Shown here in pieces: positions 7,708 to 13,452 of a DNA stretch of 13,452 nucleotides. The position numbers were made by a program, and so were the translations under genes. The DNA lies in assembly GCA_964426185.1 (NCBI GenBank), contig CAYRPF010000033.1, forward strand, positions 13,383 through 26,834, in the 5' to 3' direction. The DNA comes from an uncultured archaeon. GTDB lineage: Archaea; Asgardarchaeota; Lokiarchaeia; Sigyniarchaeales; Promethearchaeaceae. The notes beneath the pieces are model-generated. The model searched no databases and was not told the DNA's origin. It saw only the letters and a program-made list of their open reading frames with translations. Every line of letters begins with the position of its first letter. Position 1 is the stretch's first letter.

Positions 7708-9153
7708 TTATTTCTTCTTTTTTATAATAGCTAAAATTCCAGCAGATAATCCCATAAGTGAAATGAGATAGATGGCAGAAAATCCAGGTACTGAAGATTC
7801 TGTTGGTCCACCACTGATTATTTCAGAAATAGCTTCATCTATTTCACCTAAACCTTTTTCTACTGATTTAATACCACCCAAAATATCATTAAATTTATCC
7901 GCAATTTCAGTACTAATATCTGGATATTTAGGATGAACTGGACGAGATAATGTCTTCTCTGCAGCGGTTTGAAATTCCGAGATCCATTCAAATCCTGTTG
8001 GCAAATCGTCAAAAACAGATTTTAAAGCTGGAAAATTAGAACATTCCGTTAATTCTGCCTTCTGAGCATCGGTATCACCTAAAAAGCGAATTAATTTCAT
8101 AGCCAAATCTTGATGAGTCCCGTATGAATTTATTGCTAAAATAGCCCCACCAACTATAGATGATTTCTCGTCTGCAGAGCCAGTTTTAGTTGGCATCGCA
8201 GTAACACCAAATTGAATATAATTCCCCGATCCATCTGTTGCATTTAAAATATCGGTATCTTTTGATGCACCATATGCAAAAGGCCATTGGCGCATAAATA
8301 TTGTGTTTCCAGCTAACCACATTCCCACACTGGAGCCTTCATCATGTGTTAACCCCGCGCGTGGAATAATGTAATCTGTATCTTGAACACCAGTATATCT
8401 AGGTGCAACTAATCCTTTCAAAAATTCCATAGCACCTTGAACTTTAGTGGTATTCAAATTTGGATTTCCATCTGCATCAAAAATAGAAGTGACACCTGCT
8501 GATCCAATCCATTCCATAAAATTACAAACACCACCTTCATAAGCATCAAATTGTCCCACAAAACCAACTAAATCAGGGTTTAAGGCTTGCTCAGTTTCAT
8601 TTGCAAGAATCGCATTTGTATTAGTCTTAAATTCATCCCAAGTGTCGAAATCAGAAATTGTAAATCCATTTCGGGTGATTATATCTTTTCGATAGAACAT
8701 TACTCCCAAATTCATAAAATAGGGATATGCCCAAACCTTACCATTATATGTACAACTTTGAACCATTCCGCCAAAATAATCATCCATTTCTCCAGCTTCT
8801 AAATCGCCAGTAAGATCTTTAATCCATCCATTTTCTGCAAATTGAGCAGTCCAAACAGTATCTAAACCAATCACATCAAATTCGCTATCCCCAGCAGCCA
8901 ATAATGTTGTAAGATAGGTAAGCTGGTCGTCTGCTCGAGTTCCAGATGCAACAACTTCAACCGCATCAACCCCCTCAGTTGCTGCTACAAAATCATCGAC
9001 GACCGCTTCTACTCCAGGAGCTTGTTGATCAGTAACAATTATATTTAGTGTCACGCCTTGAGCTTTCACTGGAGTGGCAGCAATTACCAATACAACAGGT
9101 AACACCATCATTGTGAGTAGAATGATCGATGAAATATACGAGTTTTTTTTCAT
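7708..9153 (-). CDS. Sugar ABC transporter solute-binding protein, trehalose/maltose-binding (TMBP-like), with Sec signal peptide and C-terminal PGF-type sorting/anchor signal
   Basis: 'LDTVWTAQFAENGW', 'MFYRKD', 'GQFDAYEGGVCNFMEWI', 'FMRQWPFAY', 'VGG..LAIN', 'SRPVHPKYPDIS' resemble TMBP-like family 1 binding proteins. Signal peptide MKKN...PVKA, no lipobox Cys. C-terminus VPGF + TM helix + KKKK. Start ATG 9153 follows SD AGGTGG (9161-9166); ATG 9171 is upstream of the SD. Confidence 0.92.
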   Translation of the reverse strand: MKKNSYISSIILLTMMVLPVVLVIAATPVKAQGVTLNIIVTDQQAPGVEAVVDDFVAATEGVDAVEVVASGTRADDQLTYLTTLLAAGDSEFDVIGLDTVWTAQFAENGWIKDLTGDLEAGEMDDYFGGMVQSCTYNGKVWAYPYFMNLGVMFYRKDIITRNGFTISDFDTWDEFKTNTNAILANETEQALNPDLVGFVGQFDAYEGGVCNFMEWIGSAGVTSIFDADGNPNLNTTKVQGAMEFLKGLVAPRYTGVQDTDYIIPRAGLTHDEGSSVGMWLAGNTIFMRQWPFAYGASKDTDILNATDGSGNYIQFGVTAMPTKTGSADEKSSIVGGAILAINSYGTHQDLAMKLIRFLGDTDAQKAELTECSNFPALKSVFDDLPTGFEWISEFQTAAEKTLSRPVHPKYPDISTEIADKFNDILGGIKSVEKGLGEIDEAISEIISGGPTESSVPGFSAIYLISLMGLSAGILAIIKKKK

Positions 9154-9219
9154 TATAATTCCACCTTGCATTTTTTTTTCATTCAGTCCATTTTAAATTT
9201 TACAAACCAAATATGAAAA

Positions 9220-9262
9220 AATATGCATATTATACTCTTCTTTTAGTATATTTAAAATTTAC
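9220..9262 (-). promoter_or_regulatory. Putative promoter/operator of the sugar cluster: TATA-like TTTAAATA with adjoining inverted repeat and palindrome
   Basis: Minus strand TTTAAATA at 9256-9249 preceded by purine-rich AGTAAA; inverted repeat TATACT-N8-AGTATA at 9231-9250; perfect palindrome AATATGCATATT at 9220-9231. Confidence 0.45.
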
Positions 9263-9406
9263 TAAATTGTAGCCCATATATCTGCTATGGTTTTGACAAA
9301 TCTGTTATGTCGGATAACTGACAAATATGAATACTGTTGGAATTCATTCGAAAATGTTAAAATCACGCAATTATTATCTACTCTATACTACTGTGAGGTA
9401 ATAACC

Positions 9407-9823
9407 ATTAATCTAATAAAACGAACCTATCAAAAATTACTCAAACATAATCTCCTTTCTGCTATTCTAATTACTGATGTTATTTTTTCTTTTCTTTTTC
9501 TTCTAAATCCCTTTATGATTTTCATTAGTGGGGATTTAGATTTTTTATTAAGCTTGGTTACTGGAATGCTCTATATATCTAAAACTCGAAAGAAAGAGCA
9601 AAATGGATATCTTCTTTTTATCAAAGCGGGAATTTTTGGAGGTTTTATTGCATCATTATCCGCAATCGTAATTTCTATAATTCAGCAGCCGCCAAACCAA
9701 AATTCTGATATAGTTCAAATTTTCTTAATTTTCACATTATTGGGTCAATTTATTGGTTTGTTCTTGGCGTTGCTTTCAAGTATTTCATTATATTTTAAAT
9801 CCGCAAAAAAAGATAAAATTTAG
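9407..9823 (+). CDS. Small integral membrane protein of unknown function (about 4 TM helices)
   Basis: Four hydrophobic segments with Gly-rich 'AGIFGGFIA' and 'LLGQFIG', basic C-terminus. The maximal ORF begins at ATG 9287, but SD-like GTGAGGT (9393-9399) points to a start near ATT 9407. Start uncertain. Confidence 0.65.
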   Translation: MNLIKRTYQKLLKHNLLSAILITDVIFSFLFLLNPFMIFISGDLDFLLSLVTGMLYISKTRKKEQNGYLLFIKAGIFGGFIASLSAIVISIIQQPPNQNSDIVQIFLIFTLLGQFIGLFLALLSSISLYFKSAKKDKI

Positions 9824-9837
9824 TTCGCAAGTGACAA

Positions 9838-9861
9838 TTTTTTACTGATCAACTTTGATCA
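9838..9861. terminator. T6 tract plus small hairpin (TGATCA-actt-TGATCA) between convergent genes
   Basis: T-run 9838-9843 and inverted repeat TGATCAA/TTGATCA at 9846-9861 in the 46-bp gap between convergent stops. Confidence 0.3.
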
Positions 9862-9869
9862 TATTTAAA

Positions 9870-10649
9870 TTAGCTGCGGAATAGTTTCATATCCGCTTTA
9901 ATTTTTTCCACAATCGGCGATATATTATTTTTCATTACATCCAATTGATCTCGCCAAGCTTTTCGCTGACTATAGCTGGCTTCACCCCAAATTCTGGGTA
10001 AATTAAACACTTTGATGGGGATCAACTCCCGCCAAGGTAATGAATCGTATACAATTTGTCCATAAGTAAAAATCAGTTCTGGTTTAAGTAATTCTATTTC
10101 AGGTTTAAGGTGTAATTCATAGCATTTTTTGATTAGATAATCTCGATCTTCTATTTTTAATTTTTGGAGAGGGCGACGTGTTTGGCATTTTACCATTGTG
10201 GTATAATATATAAAATCAAAAATCTCTTCGGGTTGAATATTTAACACTTTGGATACGGCCTCGGGGAAATCTTTATGAAAAGATAATCTCAGCGAATTAT
10301 CTTGAATATGCATTCCTTTTTGAAATACTTCTTCCGCAAATTCTAAATGAGCATCTACCATCATTTCAGCTTCATCTTGGCTTAATAATTTTCCAGTAGG
10401 ATGGATTTTCTTATATCTGCAAATTTCAGCTTTGAACATCTTCCCTGGATTTATACCGATGACCAATATTTTTTTTGGCTTTTCATAATATCCAAAGAAA
10501 TCCCGAGGAACATAGCACTTTTCATGATCTGGATGATTGATGGCAAAATATTTGTTACATTCGAAATTTGAGCATTTGAATACATTTGCATAAAGGTTAA
10601 GTATTTCTGATGAGATCCCAAATTTCCGCCGTGTATCTGTTAATTTCAC
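9870..10649 (-). CDS. Uracil-DNA glycosylase superfamily protein, atypical
   Basis: 'KILVIGINPG' (motif A), 'IYYTTMVKC', 'KKC...HLKPEIELLKPELIFTYG' follow the family 4/5 UDG layout; N-terminal C26-x4-C31. GTG start with SD AAGGAG (10657-10662) and TATA-like TTATATAT (10691-10684). Confidence 0.72.
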   Translation of the reverse strand: MKLTDTRRKFGISSEILNLYANVFKCSNFECNKYFAINHPDHEKCYVPRDFFGYYEKPKKILVIGINPGKMFKAEICRYKKIHPTGKLLSQDEAEMMVDAHLEFAEEVFQKGMHIQDNSLRLSFHKDFPEAVSKVLNIQPEEIFDFIYYTTMVKCQTRRPLQKLKIEDRDYLIKKCYELHLKPEIELLKPELIFTYGQIVYDSLPWRELIPIKVFNLPRIWGEASYSQRKAWRDQLDVMKNNISPIVEKIKADMKLFRS

Positions 10650-10711
10650 TAATATACTCCTTTACAATTATTTAGTTAATAATATATATAATTACTCATC
10701 CGTGATTTATG

Positions 10712-12601
10712 TTAAAATAATTTTTGATGTTTATCACACAACTCCTCGTTTTTTCGTTTTATATTATCGAGCTTAACCTTAAAAATGCGCCTATCATAAG
10801 TCATCAATCCATTATATTCAATTTCCACATCGGTAATTTGAGTGTAGACCATCCCTGAAAGCCCTTTTTGAACGGCGGGAGTTATCACAGAATCAATCAA
10901 ATGAAAGTATGCTTGTTCTAATTCTGCCGATGTTTTAATCCCTTTATACCCGAATTTCTTTTTAGGATTCCATAGATGCCCCGGTATTTCCAGCGTATAA
11001 CCTCCCGTCTCAGATAAAAGCACTCCTCGATTATCATTGGACTTGTATTGTAACCGAAAATTGTCTTTGTAGTTGTGAGTACTGAGAAAATGCCCTACTT
11101 TTTTATCGAACCAACCAGAGGCAGAATCGACAAGGCGAGTATGATCCCAAGAGATAAGCATCTCGGTGAGCCTTTCTGTATCGAACTGACCCCATGCTTC
11201 GTTAAAAAGCACCCATATTGCAATACTGGGAAAGTTATATAAATTTTTAACCATTTCTTTTAACTCTCGTTGAAAATTCTCCCGAACCAGTAATTTTTGA
11301 TAACCAGAAAGCCAATACATCTTATCATCAAGAGGATTTATGTTAAGTAGATGTAATATAAAAGAACGGGCAATCACCCCTTTTCCTCCACCGTTGGGCA
11401 TGTCTTGCCATATAATTAATCCCAACTGATCACAGTAGCGGTACCATAAAGCCGGTTCTGTTTTAATATGTTTGCGCACCATATTGAAGCCGCATTTTTT
11501 CAAAAACTCAAGATCAAAACGTAGAGCATCTTCATTGGGTGCGGTATAAAGCCCATCTGGCCAATATCCTTGATCCAACACACCTACCATAAAATAGGGT
11601 TTGTGATTGAGATGAAAGCGCATAATCCCCTTAGAATCTCTTTCTAAAGAAAATTTGCGCATAGCAAAATATGATTGAATTTGGTCGTGAATTTTCTGAT
11701 CTTGTCGAAGAGTAATTTGAAGATCGAATAATTCCGGTTTTTCAGGTGTCCAGCGCGGCAATGGTGGCAGATCCAAGCATAAACTATCTTGATACTTAAA
11801 GGATTCTTTGAAAACCGATTTCTTATGATGAAAAATCTCAATATCGAGTAAGAATGTAGATTTCCAATTATTCTCATTAGTTTCATTCTCTGGTGGGGTA
11901 AAATGAGTTTTTAAATTAATAGAAAGCTGATTTTTGTCAATATCCGGAGTTAAAGTAATTCGATCGATAGCATTAATTGATACTGGTTCAATCCATACGG
12001 TTTGCCAGATCCCTGAAATTGGGGTATAAAATACAACAGCGGGTTTCAACCATTGTTTACCCGATGGTTGATGGCCTTTTTCGGTTGGATCATATACTTT
12101 GACCATCAAGACATTTTCTTTATCGAAAGCCGAATGTAAAAATGGAGTAATATCGAAATTAAAAGGATTATACCCCCCTTTATGGGTTCCAACTAAATTA
12201 TTATTAACATAAATGGTAGATTCCCAATCGACGGCTCCGAAATGCAAAAATATCCGCTGATTTTTCCATTCTTCGGGAATAATAAAGGTACGACGATACC
12301 ACAGTAAATTTTTAGAGGTAAGAGAACGTTGAACACCCGATAAATATGATTCCACTGGAAAGGGAACCCGAATTTTACCTTCAGGAGCGGGCATATTTTG
12401 AAGCTTCAAGTTGGAAATAGCATACTCCCAATTTCCATTCAAATTTAACCATTTTGGGCGTTGGAGTTGAGGTCTGGGGTAAGATTTCCATGCTTTATTC
12501 GCATCGAATTTTTCTCCCCACTTTGTTAGCATTGGAGGTGAAGGAAAGTAAGGTGATCCTTTAATTTGTTTTGAAGCACTTTTGTTATCCATATTTAACA
12601 T
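10712..12601 (-). CDS. Glycoside hydrolase family 2 (beta-galactosidase/beta-galactofuranosidase-like subgroup), no signal peptide
   Basis: 'YPRPQLQRPKWLNLNGNW', 'WYRRTF', 'LHFGAVDW', 'HKGGYNPF', 'SGIWQTVWIE', 'LDQGYWPDGLYTAP', 'GFNMVRKHIK', acid/base 'WVLFNEAWGQ', nucleophile region 'LLSETGG', 'YTQITDVE.E.NG.MTYDR'. Start is ATG 12601 or 12592. Confidence 0.93.
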   Translation of the reverse strand: MLNMDNKSASKQIKGSPYFPSPPMLTKWGEKFDANKAWKSYPRPQLQRPKWLNLNGNWEYAISNLKLQNMPAPEGKIRVPFPVESYLSGVQRSLTSKNLLWYRRTFIIPEEWKNQRIFLHFGAVDWESTIYVNNNLVGTHKGGYNPFNFDITPFLHSAFDKENVLMVKVYDPTEKGHQPSGKQWLKPAVVFYTPISGIWQTVWIEPVSINAIDRITLTPDIDKNQLSINLKTHFTPPENETNENNWKSTFLLDIEIFHHKKSVFKESFKYQDSLCLDLPPLPRWTPEKPELFDLQITLRQDQKIHDQIQSYFAMRKFSLERDSKGIMRFHLNHKPYFMVGVLDQGYWPDGLYTAPNEDALRFDLEFLKKCGFNMVRKHIKTEPALWYRYCDQLGLIIWQDMPNGGGKGVIARSFILHLLNINPLDDKMYWLSGYQKLLVRENFQRELKEMVKNLYNFPSIAIWVLFNEAWGQFDTERLTEMLISWDHTRLVDSASGWFDKKVGHFLSTHNYKDNFRLQYKSNDNRGVLLSETGGYTLEIPGHLWNPKKKFGYKGIKTSAELEQAYFHLIDSVITPAVQKGLSGMVYTQITDVEIEYNGLMTYDRRIFKVKLDNIKRKNEELCDKHQKLF

Positions 12602-12605
12602 TTCG

Positions 12606-13343
12606 CTACTTTTCTTTTAAATGTGCTCGTATAGAATAATATGGGGTGATCATGGTACCGAGGACTTTTATTTGCTGGAGGAGGGAATTTTTCAACAACC
12701 AAAATGCCAACCTTACCAATCCGTTTGGAAGGAAATTTTTCCATTCAGAAAAATGAGAAAAAAGCGCGCTAATGATCTCGGATTGAGCGGTTAAAGTATC
12801 TCCTATATCTTGATTATCGATCACAAAATGATAATTTTTTAGCAGTGAGTCAAGGGTTTGGGGATCAATTTCTTGATAGGGATTTTTTCCTGCATAGAGA
12901 AGAAGACTTTTGATAAATCTCCAATACATCCTCCATAGAAAATATTTTTGCGAATCTTGAGAGTAAAGAGGAAATTCTTCTTCAATAAATAGAAGCCCGC
13001 CTGGTTTTAAAACTTCAGCCCAACGGGAGAAACAAATAGGTACTTTACCCGTTTGAGAGTTAATTGCGCAAAGGGTGTAACCTTCCACAATTATATCAAT
13101 TGAATTTGGGATTAAACCCTCTAATTTCTCACCAGAAGTTTGGATAAAAGTAACTCTATCTTGTAATTCTGAATACGAAGAAAATAGATGAGATATATCT
13201 CGCGCTACAATATCAGTAGTAATTAGCCGAGAATTGGGATAATTTAACATATCTCCAATAATTTGAAGCGTCGTAGCCCCATTTCCCGTTCCTATTTCTA
13301 AAATGGTTTTTTCAGTTAAATCTACATTTTCAAGATAAACCAT
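12606..13343 (-). CDS. Class I SAM-dependent methyltransferase
   Basis: Motif I 'ILEIGTGNGATT', acidic 'ITTDI', 'SIDIIV', 'VLKPGGLLFIEE'. SD AAGGAG at 13352-13357, 8 nt upstream of the ATG. Confidence 0.88.
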   Translation of the reverse strand: MVYLENVDLTEKTILEIGTGNGATTLQIIGDMLNYPNSRLITTDIVARDISHLFSSYSELQDRVTFIQTSGEKLEGLIPNSIDIIVEGYTLCAINSQTGKVPICFSRWAEVLKPGGLLFIEEEFPLYSQDSQKYFLWRMYWRFIKSLLLYAGKNPYQEIDPQTLDSLLKNYHFVIDNQDIGDTLTAQSEIISALFSHFSEWKNFLPNGLVRLAFWLLKNSLLQQIKVLGTMITPYYSIRAHLKEK

Positions 13344-13452
13344 GGCATGATCTCCTTAATTTATATAAGTTGTACGAGAACTCACTTAATCCACTGAATA
13401 AAGCAAAGCAATGAATATAAATACTTATGATTATTCAACACTATGGTTAGCA

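Noticed and set aside
7466-8802. Plus-strand ORFs 7466-7681 and 8587-8802
   Set aside because: Antisense to the permease and binding-protein genes; no independent support.
11644-11886. 80-aa minus-strand ORF inside GH2
   Set aside because: Out-of-frame internal ORF; the GH2 frame is continuous so no frameshift is needed.
10712-12601. Assigning lacZ or uidA
   Set aside because: Too short for LacZ and the motifs belong to a different GH2 subgroup.
9870-13343. Recently acquired island based on apparent GC increase
   Set aside because: Spot checks by eye vary widely from line to line; no integrase, transposase, tRNA or flanking repeats are seen. A sliding-window computation would be needed.

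Overview
AT-rich, gene-dense archaeal-type window. The GGTG/GGAG Shine-Dalgarno sites, TATA-like promoters, oligo-T tracts and a VPGF-TM-KKKK anchor on the solute-binding protein are most consistent with an Asgard (Lokiarchaeia-like) archaeon; this taxonomy is inferred. The core is a five-gene minus-strand cluster (9153->394): a trehalose/maltose-type solute-binding protein, a single-chain fused MalF/SugA+MalG/SugB permease, a MalK-type ATPase, a HAD beta-phosphoglucomutase-family domain fused to a GH65 phosphorylase of the trehalose-6-phosphate phosphorylase (TrePP) type, and a uridine-kinase-fold P-loop kinase. An ABC importer delivers unphosphorylated sugar, whereas TrePP acts on trehalose-6-phosphate, so the orphan kinase is a candidate ATP-dependent trehalose (disaccharide) kinase completing a PTS-independent pathway. 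Flanking genes are the 3' end of a VIT1/CCC1 transporter, a small membrane protein, an atypical UDG-superfamily protein (GINPG motif plus Fe-S-type cysteines), a cytoplasmic GH2 glycosidase and a class I methyltransferase. No RNA genes, CRISPR arrays or mobile elements were recognised. Family comparisons are from recalled motifs, not database searches.
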